Below, piece by piece: positions 30,820-43,620 of a DNA stretch of 64,000 nucleotides (the first letter of the stretch is position 1; each line of letters begins with the position of its first letter). Source of the DNA: an uncultured Pseudomonadota bacterium (GTDB lineage Bacteria; Pseudomonadota; Alphaproteobacteria; Caulobacterales; Aquidulcibacteraceae); assembly GCA_963847165.1 (NCBI GenBank), contig CAWJYY010000010.1:40634-104633 (forward strand). Direction: 5' to 3'. The position numbers were made by a program, and so were the translations under genes. The notes beneath the pieces are model-generated. The model was not told the DNA's origin. It saw nothing but the letters and a program-made list of their open reading frames with translations, and ran no database searches.

Positions 30820-31833
30820 CTACTCCAAATCGCGCCACGCCGGCGCCGCGCCCGTCGTCGTCGCCGCATAGACGCCCCGCGCGATGGCGCGCGCCAGGCA
30901 ATCGGCGGCGATGGCGCCGAAGCGGGCGATGGCGAGCGAGCGCGGCGCCGGCGCGGGCCTGGCGGCGGTGGCGACCACGAACACGACGTCGCCGTCGAAC
31001 GGCGCAAAGACGGGGCGAATTGCACGCGCCAGTCCCGCGCTCGCCATCTGCGCGACGCGCTTGGCCTCGGCGGGAGTGAGATCGGCGTCGAGGGCAAGGC
31101 AGGCGATGGTGGTGTTGGCGCGCGGCTGGGTGTTGAATTTAGCGCCGCTCCAATCTTCGGCGTCGGCGTGGGCGGTTGCATCGGGGCGAACGCCGCCGAA
31201 CTCGCCGTCGATTTCGAAAGGCCACGCCCAAAATGCGCGCGAGCCGGGCATGGTCGACGAGCCCCAGCAATTCACGCACGCAAGCGCCCCGACCGTGAAG
31301 CCGTCGCCGGTGAAGATGCTGGCGCCGCCCTGTCCGCCCTTAAGCGCGCCGGCTTGGGCGCCGAGCCCCGCGCCGACATTGCCAAGCGCGACGCTGGTCG
31401 AACGCGCTTTGTAAGCGCGCTTGCCGAGTTCGGCGTAGGGCGGCGCATCGCCCCAGGCTTTGTCGCCGCCATTGGCGAGATCGTAGAGGATGGCCGCCGG
31501 CACCACCGGCGAGCGCGGCGCGCCTGGGGCCTCGATCAGCGCGAAACCGCGCCCTTCAGCGCCCATCGCGGCGACAACGCCATCGGCGGCGGCCAGTCCA
31601 TAAACGGAACCGCCTGCGAGAACCACGGCATCGACCGCATCGACCAAGTTCTCCGCCGCCAGCGCATCGGTTTCGCGGGTGCCGGGGCCGCCGCCACGAA
31701 CTTCTACCGCACAGACAGCGCGGTTTTCGGGAACGATGGCGGTCACCCCAGTGCGGGCGGCCGCATCTTCCGCGCAGCCGACGCGAATGCCCGCAACGTC
31801 GCAGATGGAATTGAGCGGTCCAGTTCGCGCCAT
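30820..31833 (-). CDS. Peptidase S58 / DmpA (P1) family
   Basis: RGGGPGTRET, GGSVYGL, NTTI, DGDVVF. Confidence 0.92.
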   Translation of the reverse strand: MARTGPLNSICDVAGIRVGCAEDAAARTGVTAIVPENRAVCAVEVRGGGPGTRETDALAAENLVDAVDAVVLAGGSVYGLAAADGVVAAMGAEGRGFALIEAPGAPRSPVVPAAILYDLANGGDKAWGDAPPYAELGKRAYKARSTSVALGNVGAGLGAQAGALKGGQGGASIFTGDGFTVGALACVNCWGSSTMPGSRAFWAWPFEIDGEFGGVRPDATAHADAEDWSGAKFNTQPRANTTIACLALDADLTPAEAKRVAQMASAGLARAIRPVFAPFDGDVVFVVATAARPAPAPRSLAIARFGAIAADCLARAIARGVYAATTTGAAPAWRDLE

Positions 31834-31883
31834 GGAGGGTCCGCGTTTGCAAGAAAGGCCGCGCCGTGGTGGAACGAAACACC

Positions 31884-33683
31884 ATGTTTGACAAGCAAGG
31901 ACCGTTGGCGCGCCTGGCTGGCCCGCTCATCGCCATAGCGCTCTGCGCCTGCGCCGACGCCGCCATCACGGCAAGCGCCGATCCCCCCGCCGCGCCGGCG
32001 CCGCAAGCGCCCAGTGTGCGCGGAGAAGCGATGGCGGCGACCGCCAACCCTTACGCCACCGACGCGGCCGCGCAGATTTTGCGTGAGGGCGGCGGCGCCG
32101 TCGATGCCGCCATCGCTGCGGAGGCGGTGCTCGGTTTGGTGGAGCCGCAATCATCCGGCATCGGCGGCGGCGGCTTCCTGGTTTTCTATAACGGCCAAAC
32201 CCACGATATCGGCGCCTATGATGGCCGCGAACGCGCGCCCGCGGGCGCGACCGCGACGATGTTTCTCGATGAGACCGGCCAGCCGATGAATTTTCTCGAT
32301 GCGCGCGCAAGCGGGCGTTCGATCGGCACGCCGCTTGTCGTCGCCATGTTGAAGATGGCGCACGAGGATCACGGACGACTGGCGTGGGCGCGGCTGTTCG
32401 AACCGGCGATTCAGCTTGCAACCAGCGGCTTTCAAGTGTCGCCGCGCCTGAACGCGCTCATCGCCTATTCCGGCGCGCACGAGCGGCTCAAGGAAGACCG
32501 CGCCGCGCGCGCATATTTCTTCGACCGGCGCGGCAATCCATGGCCAGTCGGCCATGTGCTGCGCAATCCGGCCTATGCCGCGACGTTACGCGCGATCGCC
32601 CAACAGGGGCCGGCCGCGCTGAGCCAAGGCCCGATCGCAGCCGACATCGTCGCCGCCGCCCAGCGTGAACCGCGTCCCGGCGCGCTTTCCCTTGAGGATC
32701 TGCAATGGGCGCAGCCGCGGCGGATGGCGGCGGTCTGCGGCGCCTATCGGGCCTATCGCGCCTGCACCGCGGGTCCGCCGAGCTCCGGCAACGCAACGAT
32801 TGCGATCCTTGGTCTTTATCAACGCGCGCGGCCGCGCCCGGAGGGGCCGAACAATGTCGACGATTGGTCGGCGTTTCTGTGGGCGAGCCGGCTCGCCTAC
32901 GCCGACCGCGACCATTACATGGCCGACGATCAGTTCGCGCCGATGCCGACGCAGCAATTGATCTCACCGCAATATCTCGATTCCCGCGCGCGCTTGATCG
33001 ACGTGGCGCACGCCCCCGCCCGCGTCCAGCCGGGGACGCCTCCCGGCCAGCGTGAATTGTTTGAGCATTGGGGCCGGGACCGAAGCGACGACCCCGGCAC
33101 CTCTCACCTCGTCATCGTCGATCAATGGGGCGACGCCATTTCAATGACCGCCACGGTCGAGAGCGCGTTCGGGGCCCAGCGCATGGTGCGCGGCTTCGTG
33201 CTCAACAATCAGCTGACCGATTTTTCGTTTCAGCCGACGATCAATGGCCGCCCGGTCGCCAATGCAGTCGAGCCCCATAAGGCGCCGCGCTCCTCGATGA
33301 CGCCGCTCATCGTCACCGACCGCAACGGACGGCTGGCGCTGTTGGTGGGTTCGCCGGGCGGGTCTTCGATCATCGACTATGTCGCGCGCGCTACGGTGGC
33401 GATGCTCGACTGGAACATGTCGGTGCAGGACGCGATCAATCAGGGCAACGTGATCGCCCGCGATGCCCCGGTCGTGGTGGAGTCGAACCGCATGCCGCCG
33501 GGGGTCGTTGAAGGACTGCACGCGCGCGGTTGGGTGACGCGTGAGCTGACGCTGGGCGAGGTCAGCGGCATCCAAGCCATCCGGGTGACGCCGCAAGGCC
33601 TTGTCGGCGGCGCCGATCCGCGCCGCGAAGGCGTCGTCGTTCGCATCGCGCCCGGCGAGACCGTCACGCCGCCGGCAAGGTGA
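31884..33683 (+). CDS. ggt: Gamma-glutamyltransferase family protein
   Basis: EPQSSGIGGGGF, GRERAP, GTSH, LNNQLTDF, GSPGG, GADPRR. Confidence 0.92.
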   Translation: MFDKQGPLARLAGPLIAIALCACADAAITASADPPAAPAPQAPSVRGEAMAATANPYATDAAAQILREGGGAVDAAIAAEAVLGLVEPQSSGIGGGGFLVFYNGQTHDIGAYDGRERAPAGATATMFLDETGQPMNFLDARASGRSIGTPLVVAMLKMAHEDHGRLAWARLFEPAIQLATSGFQVSPRLNALIAYSGAHERLKEDRAARAYFFDRRGNPWPVGHVLRNPAYAATLRAIAQQGPAALSQGPIAADIVAAAQREPRPGALSLEDLQWAQPRRMAAVCGAYRAYRACTAGPPSSGNATIAILGLYQRARPRPEGPNNVDDWSAFLWASRLAYADRDHYMADDQFAPMPTQQLISPQYLDSRARLIDVAHAPARVQPGTPPGQRELFEHWGRDRSDDPGTSHLVIVDQWGDAISMTATVESAFGAQRMVRGFVLNNQLTDFSFQPTINGRPVANAVEPHKAPRSSMTPLIVTDRNGRLALLVGSPGGSSIIDYVARATVAMLDWNMSVQDAINQGNVIARDAPVVVESNRMPPGVVEGLHARGWVTRELTLGEVSGIQAIRVTPQGLVGGADPRREGVVVRIAPGETVTPPAR

Positions 33684-35103
33684 TCTTGAAGGTCGAGCCT
33701 TCGGCCCCGGTTCGCATCAGTTCCAGTTCGCCGCCCATGGCGCGCGTGAGTTCGCGCGCGATGGCGAGCCCAAGACCGGTGCCGCCGGCCTCCGGCGCCG
33801 CCGATACGAACGGCTCGAACAGGCGCTCGCGCAGATTTTCGCGCACGCCCCGTCCGTGATCGATGACCTCGATTTCGCAGCGAGTCTCAAAGCGCGCCGC
33901 GCGCACGATGACTTGCTTGGGTCCAATCGCTTCCTGTCGCATCGCCTGCGCGGCGTTGCGCACCAGATTGGTGACGATGCGATGCAAGTGCTCGGGATCG
34001 GCGAGACAGGCGAGACCCGGCTCGATTTCGCCGCGATAAACGATCTCGTCAAAACCGACTAAGCCGTCGCCGACGGCGTCTTCGATCGCAGGCGCCACCT
34101 CCACACGCTGCAGTTCCGGCGCCTTTTCATCGGCGCGCCCGTATTTGAGCGTCCCCGCCGCCAGTCCCGAAGCGCGCGCGATGGTGCGCTCCAGGCGCTG
34201 GGCTTGACGCTGCACTTCCGGATCCTCGGATTTGCTCAGGCGATCGGCGACCATCTGGGCCGTCGACAGCATGTTACGCAGGTCGTGGCCAATCCGCGCA
34301 ACGGCCGCGCCGAGCGCCGCCAGACGATCTTTCTGGCGCAAGGAATTCCGCACTTGTTCGGCCATGTCGGCGGCGGCGCGCTGCGCGCGGCCGATTTCAT
34401 CGGCGCCGCGGCTGCGCGGAAAGGCGATCGACACATCTTCGGGTTTGTCGCGGAAACGCTCAATGGCTTCGGTCAACTCGCGCATGGGGCGCACGAACGC
34501 GACGGTGAGCATGCCGTAAATGAGCGCCGCGGCGGCGACGAGAATAAGCGTGGAGGCCCAGAGGAAATCCCAGGCGTAGGCCTCCATCGCCCGCTTCAGC
34601 GCCGCCTCTCGCAGCACGACTTCGATAAACTCACCGGTTTCAAAGCGCGGCTTGGCGAGAACGCGCAGCACCCGTCCAGGAGGCGCGAAGAAGGTTTCGT
34701 AGGCCCAAGAGAAACGCTCCCAGGAGGTCGCGCTGGTGTAATCATAGGTGACCGGCGGCGTCGCCGGCGGGCCGGCGTTGGGATCGCCCAGCAGCAGCAC
34801 GCGCTCGCCCTCGCGCTGCAACGCCACGTGTTGCACTTCCGCGTTGGTGAGCAATTGATCTTCGAGCGCATCGGCGATGTCGTTGCCGGGCTCGAGCGCC
34901 AGGGCTGCGATCTGAGCCAGGTTGATGCGCTCGTGCAGCCATTCCTCATGGAAGCGCGCCAGCGCCGGCACGAAGACGCAAACCTCGATCGCAAAGACGA
35001 TGACCGCCGTCAGCGCCAGCAGCCGTCCGGCGAGACCGTCGGCAAAGCCGCGGAAAGCGCCCCAAAGGCCGTCGCGTCGTTGTGGGGGCGGCGTCAGGGT
35101 CAT
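33664..35103 (-). CDS. HAMP-domain sensor histidine kinase
   Basis: Two TMs, HAMP, HDLRNML, NLVRNA, GTGLGL. Confidence 0.92.
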   Translation of the reverse strand: MTLTPPPQRRDGLWGAFRGFADGLAGRLLALTAVIVFAIEVCVFVPALARFHEEWLHERINLAQIAALALEPGNDIADALEDQLLTNAEVQHVALQREGERVLLLGDPNAGPPATPPVTYDYTSATSWERFSWAYETFFAPPGRVLRVLAKPRFETGEFIEVVLREAALKRAMEAYAWDFLWASTLILVAAAALIYGMLTVAFVRPMRELTEAIERFRDKPEDVSIAFPRSRGADEIGRAQRAAADMAEQVRNSLRQKDRLAALGAAVARIGHDLRNMLSTAQMVADRLSKSEDPEVQRQAQRLERTIARASGLAAGTLKYGRADEKAPELQRVEVAPAIEDAVGDGLVGFDEIVYRGEIEPGLACLADPEHLHRIVTNLVRNAAQAMRQEAIGPKQVIVRAARFETRCEIEVIDHGRGVRENLRERLFEPFVSAAPEAGGTGLGLAIARELTRAMGGELELMRTGAEGSTFKITLPAA

Positions 35104-35230
35104 GGGCGCTGTCCCATGGGTAAACCGATCCGCCCCAGCTTGTCGCCGCCCCTCACCTTGACGTGTTCGGCTTCGGTGGGGTAAGGCCCGCGCCTCTTTT
35201 CAAGCCCCACAATACCCCCAGAGGCCAGTC

Positions 35231-35371
35231 GTGAGCACCAAGCGGACCTATCAGCCGAGCCGTCTCGTACGGAAACGCCGGCACGGCTTCCGCGCCCGAA
35301 TGGCCACCGCCGGGGGACGCAAGGTCCTGGCCCGCCGCCGCGCCAAGGGTCGCAAGAAGCTGTCGGCCTAA
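35231..35371 (+). CDS. rpmH: 50S ribosomal protein L34 (missing from the ORF track)
   Basis: GTG start; [45 protein letters not shown]. Confidence 0.97.
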   Translation: MSTKRTYQPSRLVRKRRHGFRARMATAGGRKVLARRRAKGRKKLSA

Positions 35372-35420
35372 AATCCCCCGGCTTGAGTTCCACGCCCAAA
35401 GCGGCGCACGTCGAGAGCCC

Positions 35421-35819
35421 ATGACCGCGCCCGTGATCGAACGGCTCCGCACGCGCGCCCAGTTCCTGGCGGTTCGCGCCGGCGCCCGCGCCACGCGCCC
35501 CACCTTAATGGTGGAGGCCAAGCGGCGGAGCGAAAACGGGCCGATCGGCTTGGGCCTCACCGCCAGTCGTAAGATCGGCGTCGCCGTGGTCCGCAACCGG
35601 GCCCGGCGCCGGCTCCGGCACGCGGCGCGCCAGCTTCTGCCGAATTTCGGCTTGCCGGGCGTGGATTACGTTCTGGTCGCGCGACAAGCCGCCCCGGACG
35701 CCCCGTGGGCGGCGTTGCTTGACGATCTGCAAAACGCACTGATAAGGCTCGCCGCCGCCTTGGAGAGCGCTGAATCCAAGCCGCAAAGACGCGCACCCAA
35801 GCGCCCCTCCCGGAAGTGA
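35421..35819 (+). CDS. rnpA: RNase P protein component
   Basis: GLTASRKIGVAVVRNRARRRLR. Confidence 0.95.
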   Translation: MTAPVIERLRTRAQFLAVRAGARATRPTLMVEAKRRSENGPIGLGLTASRKIGVAVVRNRARRRLRHAARQLLPNFGLPGVDYVLVARQAAPDAPWAALLDDLQNALIRLAAALESAESKPQRRAPKRPSRK

Positions 35820-35828
35820 AAAAAGCAC

Positions 35829-37722
35829 ATGGCCTATCGCGGCAGTCAGGATCCTGACCAAACCCGCAACCTGATCATCGCGGGCGTATTGAGCTTGTTG
35901 ATCCTGCTTGGGTTCGAATTCTTCTATAACATTCCCGCCCAGCAGCGCTTGCAGGCCGCCCAACGCGCCCAGGCGGCGCAGCAGCATTCGCAACAGGCGG
36001 CGCAAGGGGCGCCGCCGACGCCAGCCGCAGCGCTCGCGCCCGAACAGGTGGTGGCGGCCAGCGCCGGCCAGCGCGTGACGATCGATACGCCCGCTGTCGA
36101 CGGCTCGATTTCTCTCGTGGGTGGGCGGCTCGACAATCTCAATTTGAAGCAATACCGGCGCACGATCGAGCGCAATAGCGGCGAAGTCGGTCTGCTGGCG
36201 CCCTACACTTCCCAGCACGGCTACGACATCTTCTGGGGTTGGGAAGATCGCAATTCGACCGTCAACGCCTCCGGCGATTGCACCAGCGGATGCGGGGTCG
36301 GCGCCAACGACGTGTGGGCGGCGCCGGGCGACAGACGTCTAACGCCGCAAACGCCGGTCGTCCTCACCTACGCTTCACCCGACGGCCTCCAATACACGCG
36401 CACGATCTCGATCGATCAGAACTACATGATCACGAGCACCGAAACGGTGCGCAACACGGGCGGCCAAACCCGTACCTTGAGGCCGTTTGGGGTGGTGCGC
36501 CGTTTGGGCAAGCCGGCCGATTGGCTGAACAGCGGCATCGTCCACCAGGGCTTCGCCGGCGCGTTCGGCGCACGCCAGGAATTGCACACCGAAACCTATG
36601 CGCGCGGCGAGAGCCACGTACGCGACCGCGCCCAAGGCAAGGTCGCCGCCGACGCCCACATCACGGAGGCGCAAGGCCGCGGCGGTTGGCTGGGCATCAG
36701 CGATCATTATTGGCTGGGCGCGCTGGTGCCCGATCAAAACGAACAGATCGACGGTTATTTCGACAGCCGCGGCGTCGACGCCCAGATCGACTATCGCTCC
36801 GCCTATCGCGGCCAATGGCGCGACATCCCCGCCGGCGCCGCCATCACCTATACCCAGCATGTGTTCGCCGGCGCCAAGCGCCTTGATCTGCTGCAAGCCT
36901 ATCAACGCGGCATGAACATCCCCCGTTTCGACGAGGCCATCGACTGGGGCAACCTGATGTGGCCGCTCACCCGGCCGTTCTTCACTTGGCTTTTGCACCC
37001 GCTGGCGCGCTGGCTGGCCTCGATGGGCGTCGCCTTCAATTTCGGCGTCGCCATCCTTTTATCGACGGTGGTGATCAAGCTCCTGTTGTTTCCGCTCGTC
37101 TATCAGTCGTCGAAATCAATGGCGAAGATGCGCGCGCTGCAGCCGAAGATGAAGGAGGTGCAGGAGCGTTACGCCGCCGACCCGCAGCGTCAGCAGCAGG
37201 AAATGCTGAAGCTTTATCAGACCGAGAAGGTGAACCCAGCGGCGGGCTGTTTGCCGATCCTGCTGACGATCCCGGTGTTTTTCGCGCTCTACAAGACCCT
37301 CTCGGTCACGATCGAGATGCGGCAAGCGCCGTTCTTCGGCTGGGTTCATGATCTCTCATCGCCTGATCCGGCGTCGGTGATCAATCTGTTCGGGCTGTTG
37401 CCGTTCAATCCGCATACCATTCCGCTTATCGGCGCGTGGATCGGCATCGGCGTGTGGCCGATCCTCTACGGCGACCTCGATGGTGGCGTTGCAGGGGCTG
37501 TCGCCGCCGCCGACCGATCCGACGCAAGCGGCGATCTTCCGTTATCTGCCGATCGTCTACATGTTCTTGTTCGCAAGCTTCCCGGCGGGCCTTGTCATCT
37601 ACTGGACCTGGTCGAACTTGATCACGATCCTTCAGCAATACGCGATCATGCGCAGGCAGGGCGTCGAGACGCAGTTCGACAAGTGGCTCGCTCGTCTGCG
37701 ACAACCAGCGCCGGCTGAGTGA
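35829..37722 (+). CDS. yidC: Membrane protein insertase YidC (frameshift near 37475)
   Basis: IDWG, NFGVAI, KVNPAAGCLP, PAGLVIYWTWSN. Confidence 0.95.
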
Positions 37723-38357
37723 TGGACGCCAAGGAGCAAGCGGACTGGCTTGAAGCGGGACGCTTGCTCTTTGCCGGACCGATTGAATTTGAGCGCGGCG
37801 TCGCCGGCGATGGAGCATTTGCCCGACGCAAGCCTGCCCGAGGTCGCTTTCGCGGGGCGCTCGAACGTCGGCAAGTCTTCCCTGATCAACGCGCTCACCG
37901 GGCGCAATAAGCTCGCGCGCGCCTCGACCGAACCTGGCCGCACGCGGGAGCTCAACTTCTTTCGCATGGGCGATCGCGCTGCGGCTCGTCGACCTTCCCG
38001 GCTACGGCTACGCCAAAGCGGGCCGCGCCGACATTGAGCGCTGGACAAAGCTTACGCGCGAGTACTTGCGCGGCCGCGCGCCGCTCAAGCGCGTCATTCT
38101 GCTGATCGACGCCCGTCACGGCGTGAAGCCGCATGACAAGGATGTCATGGACGCGCTCGATCTGGCCGCCGTCAGCCTACCAGGTGGTGCTCACCAAGGC
38201 CGACAAGCTGAAACCCAGCGAAGTGGCGGACGTCACCGCAGCGACACGGGCCCTGATCGCCAAGCGCCCGGCCGCGCACCCAGAGCTTCGGACCACCTCC
38301 GCCGAGACCGGTTTGGGCGTTGATCTGCTGCGCGCCGACATCGCGGCCTTGGCCTGA
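37719..38357 (+). CDS. engB: GTP-binding protein EngB/YihA (frameshifted)
   Basis: [24 protein letters not shown]. Confidence 0.92.
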
Positions 38358-38367
38358 CCGGCGTTAG

Positions 38368-39319
<952 letters not shown>

Positions 39320-39320
<1 letters not shown>

Positions 39321-40458
39321 TGCGCGGATCCTCGCCGCGTCTCGCCGTTGCGGTCCTGGCCGTCAGCCTGGGCTTCGCCGATCACGCCGTCGCGCAAGGG
39401 CAGAACGGCTGGCAAGTCTGCAACGAGACAAGCTATGTGCTGGAGGCCGCCACCGCGCGCCCTGATGGGCAGGCCATCCTGGTGCAGGGCTGGACCCGGC
39501 TGCGGCCGGGCGAATGCCGGGTCGCGATCAACGCGCCGCTGGCGCGCGGAACGCACTATCTCTACGCCCGCACTTCCGCCGCCCATCGCGGCGGGCGCAA
39601 CCAATGGGGCGGCGATGCGCGCATCTGCATCGATCCCAACCGCAGCTTCTCATTCGAAAATCCGCCGGACTGCGCTGTGCAAGGCCTGGAAGAGCGCCTC
39701 TTCCGCCGCGTGCAGATCAACAAGCGCGATTCCTGGCGCACATCATTCGCCGAGGCCGAGCCATACACGCTCGCGCGCGCACGCCAAGCGGGCCTGCAGC
39801 GGCTCCTCGACGACGCCGGCTACGATCTTTACGCCAATCAGCGCAGCATCGATGCGCGCGCCATCGCCGGCGCCATCGCGCAATTCCGCGCCGCCGCGCG
39901 GCTTGGCGCCCAACGCCAGCGAAAATCAGCTCATCGACGCGCTCGAAGTCGCAGCCCGCCAACGCGCCAATCAGGTCGGCCTGACGCTCTGCAATCGCAC
40001 CCACGGCCACTTATGGACGGCGGTGGCGCGACGGCGCGGCGAAGGCTGGGAAAGCCGCGGCTGGTGGGGTCTCAATCCGGGCGGCTGCGTCCGCACCATC
40101 GATGAAGTGCTGTTCCAGGATGTCTATTACGTCTTCGCCAGCCTCGACAGCGAAGACGGCCCGCGCCTGCTCGCTGCAAGGCGGCGAGCCGTTCTGCTCC
40201 AGCCCCTCGCGCTTCGCCATTCTTGGCCGCGAGCATTGCGATCAACGTTATTACAGCACGACGCTGTTCACCCCGATTTCGGCGCACCAGCGGCAGGGCC
40301 TGGTCGTCGACTTCACCGAGCACGATTTCCTGCCCGCCGGTCAGCAACCGCGTCAATTGCAGGTGAGCCAGGCGTCGGTGCCCGACGTGGTGACGCAGCA
40401 AATGGCGCCGGCGCATGGACTTGCCCCGCCGACGGCGCCGCAAGGCACCGGCGATTGA
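39320..40458 (+). CDS. Secreted protein with two DUF1036-like domains (frameshifted)
   Basis: [16 protein letters not shown] and [15 protein letters not shown] repeats. Confidence 0.75.
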
Positions 40459-41118
40459 TGGCCATAGCGCTCGCCTCCGTCGAGGCGTGGGTCTTCGATC
40501 TCGACAACACGCTTTACTCAACGCCTCTGCATCTACGACGCCGTCGGCGAGCGCATGACCGCTTATATCGCCCGCGCGCTCGGCGTCAGCGATGCGGAAG
40601 CGACTGGCGCTGCGCGAGCGCTATTTCGAAGATTATGGCGCAACCGTCGCCGGCCTCTCGCGCCACCACGCCATGGACGCGCACGACTTCCTCGCGCATG
40701 TGCACGATGTCGATTATTCAGTGCTCGACCCCGATCCGGAACTCGGCGCGCTGATCGAGCAATTGCCGGGCCGCAAAATCGTCTTCACCAATGGCGGCGG
40801 CGGCCACGGCCAACGGGCGCTTGCGCAGCTGGCGATCGCGCACTGCTTCGAGTTGGTCTTCGACATCGAAGCGGCGGGGCTTGCGCCCAAGCCGCAACGC
40901 GCCGCCTATGAACGGCTGATCGCCGCCGTGCGGCATCGATCCGGCCAAGAGCGTTCTGATCGAGGATTCCGCGCGCAATCTCGAACCGGCGCACGCCTTG
41001 GGCTTCGCCACCGTGCTGATCGGCGCGCGAAGGCGCGCCCCACGTCAATCATGCGGCGCCCGACGTGAAGGCGTTTCTGCGCTCGGTCCTCTCGACGCTG
41101 GCCGCCGAAGCGCGCTAG
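40458..41118 (+). CDS. Pyrimidine 5'-nucleotidase, HAD family (frameshifted)
   Basis: WVFDLDNTLY, VFTNG, PKP, EDSARNL. Confidence 0.88.
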
Positions 41119-41127
41119 CTGTCGGTC

Positions 41128-41994
41128 ATGAGCCAATCGGATAGCGCCGCGAGCATCGAAGCCGCCATCGAAGCGGCCTGGGAGCGGCGTGATCAGCTGT
41201 CGCCGCAAAGCAAGGGCGGCGACGTCGAAGCGATCTGAGCGGCGATGGACCTCTTGATAGCGGCAAAGCCCGCGTGGCGGCGCGCTGGCGGCGACGGCGT
41301 TTGGACGACGCACCAATGGCTGAAGAAAGCAGTGCTGCTGTCCTTCCGCGTCACCCCCAATCAGCTGCTCGGCGCCGCCCAGGGCGCCAACGGCGTCGAT
41401 CCGTCACCCGGGGCCGTGGTGGGACAAGGTCGCCGTCCAAATTCTTCGGCTGGAGCGCAAGCGCCTTCCAGCAGGCCGGCTTCCGCGCCGTACCGGGCGC
41501 CATCGTGCGGCGCGGCGCCTACATTGCCAGCAATGTCGTGCTCATGCCGTCTTTCGTGAATATCGGCGCCTACGTCGATGAAGGCGCGATGGTGGACACC
41601 TGGGCCACTGTCGGCTCCTGCGCGCAGATCGGCAAGACACGTGCACATCTCCGGCGGCGCCGGCATTGGCGGGGTGCTGGAGCCGCTGCAAGCCAATCCC
41701 ACCATCATCGAAGACGATTGCTTCATCGGCGCGCGTTCGGAAGTGGCCGAAGGCGTGATCGTGCGCGCAAGGCGCGGTGCTGGCGATGGGCATGTTCATC
41801 AGCCAGTCGACCAAGATCGTGGACCGCGCGAGCGGCGAAATCAGCCGCGGCGAAGTGCCCGCCTATAGCGTCGTCGTGCCGGGCTCGTTGCCCGATCCCG
41901 AGGCGGACCAAGCCTGGCGTGCGTGGTCATCGTCAAGCGCGTCGACGCCCAGACGCGCTCGAAGACCAGCGTCAACGAATTGCTGCGCGAATGA
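41128..41994 (+). CDS. dapD: Tetrahydrodipicolinate N-succinyltransferase (frameshifted)
   Basis: [43 protein letters not shown]. Confidence 0.95.
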
Positions 41995-43146
41995 CGACGC
42001 GCCGCCACGTCCTGCAAGCGCTCGCCGCAACGCCGGCGCTGGCGGCATGCGGCGGTGAAAATCTTCCCGATCCGGCGGCGGCGTGGCGCAATCCAGGCGC
42101 CGGCGAACGCGATCCCCGCCGTTTCGCGCTCGCGCACGCGATCCTGGCGCCCAACCCGCACAACACCCAGCCATGGCTCGTCACCCTCGATGCGGCCGAC
42201 GGCATGACGCTTTTCTGCGATTTGAGCCGGCGCCTGCCCTTCACCGATCCGCTCGATCGCCAGATCACGATCGGCTGCGGCGCGTTCGTCGAACTCTATC
42301 GCCTCGCCGCGCGCCATCTGGGTTTTGCTCCGGTCGTCATACCGTTTCCCGATGGCGAGCCCTCGCCGCGCCTGGACGCAAAGCCGCTCGCGCATGTGAT
42401 CCTCGGCGCCCATAGCGACGCGGGCGCTGATCCGCTCTTCGAGCACATCACCGCGCGGCGCACCAACCGCAATCCTTATGATCCCTCACACGTTCCGAGC
42501 CTCACCGATCTGCAAAAGCTCGCGGACGCCGCCTACGAACGTAATGGCGAAGTGGAATGGGCGCTTGAGCCTGAGCGCGTCGCTCGCCTGCGCGATATCG
42601 TCTGGCGCGCCTTCGACCGCGAGATGCACACGCACGGTGCGTTGGCCGAGACTTATGGCTGGCTCCGCTTTGGGCGCGATGATGTCGCGCGCCATCGCGA
42701 TGGGCTGGCGATTGAGGGTCCGCTGATCGGCCCGGCGAAGCTTCTTGGCATGTTCAGCCGCGCCAACATGATCAACCCGAACTCGAGCGCCAACAAACAA
42801 GCGCTGCAAGACTGGCGGCGCTTGGCCTACACCGCGCCGGCCTTCGCCTGGCTCTCCACGCAGGAAAATGACGACACCCCAACCGCCCGGCTCGCAAGCG
42901 GCATGGCGCTATGCGCGCATGAACCTCGCGGCCACCGGCGCCGGGCTCGCCATGCATCCCTGGAGCCAAGGTTTGCAGGAATATCGCGAAATGGCCGACA
43001 TTCGCAGCGAACTCCGCATCGCCCTGCAAAACGGCGAGAACTATCCCCACATGCTGGTGCGCGTCGGTTACGCCGATCCGGTCGAGCCGGCGGCGCGGCG
43101 CGGCCTTGATGCGCTGTTCAGGAGGCCTGCGGCCGGCGCACCTTAA
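41991..43146 (+). CDS. Tat-exported Acg-type FMN-binding nitroreductase-like protein (frameshift near 42905)
   Basis: [30 protein letters not shown]. Confidence 0.82.
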
Positions 43147-43581
43147 CCGTGGCGCCGTGAACCGAGGCGACTTCGACTTGGTCGCCCGCTTGCAATTTTT
43201 CTTCGCTTTCGGCGCGCCAGATGCTGTCATTGATCTTCATCGAGCCAACGCCATTGGCGAAAGCGGTCAAGACGCCGCGCGTGCCGACCATGTGCGCGGC
43301 CCGTTCGTTCAGCGACCTGCCGCTTCGCTGTTCGCGCCATTTCTTCACGATCGGGTGGCCAAACGCGGTCAACAGCGATGGTGAGCGCCGCGAAGATGGC
43401 GATCTGAATGAAGCCGTTATCGACGCCGAACAGGCGCCAAGAGCGAAGTGATCAGCGCTGCAACCGCCGGCCAGAGAATGTAGGTCGTGCCGGTCGCCAT
43501 CTCAGCGATCAGCAGCGCCAGGCCGAACACCAGCCAGTGCTGGGGCCCAAGGCCCACAAGGAAATCAAGCAGGTCCTTCAT
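43118..43581 (-). CDS. NfeD-like membrane protein (frameshifted)
   Basis: WLVFGLALLIAEMATGT, LNER, DSIWRA; next to the SPFH gene. Confidence 0.82.
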
Positions 43582-43620
43582 GCCATCAATGTAGCGATGC
43601 TTCGAGGCGTGCGCGAGAGG

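Noticed and set aside
35231-37722. Replication origin near rpmH-rnpA-yidC
   Set aside because: No dnaA gene, DnaA-box cluster or AT-rich tract is visible.
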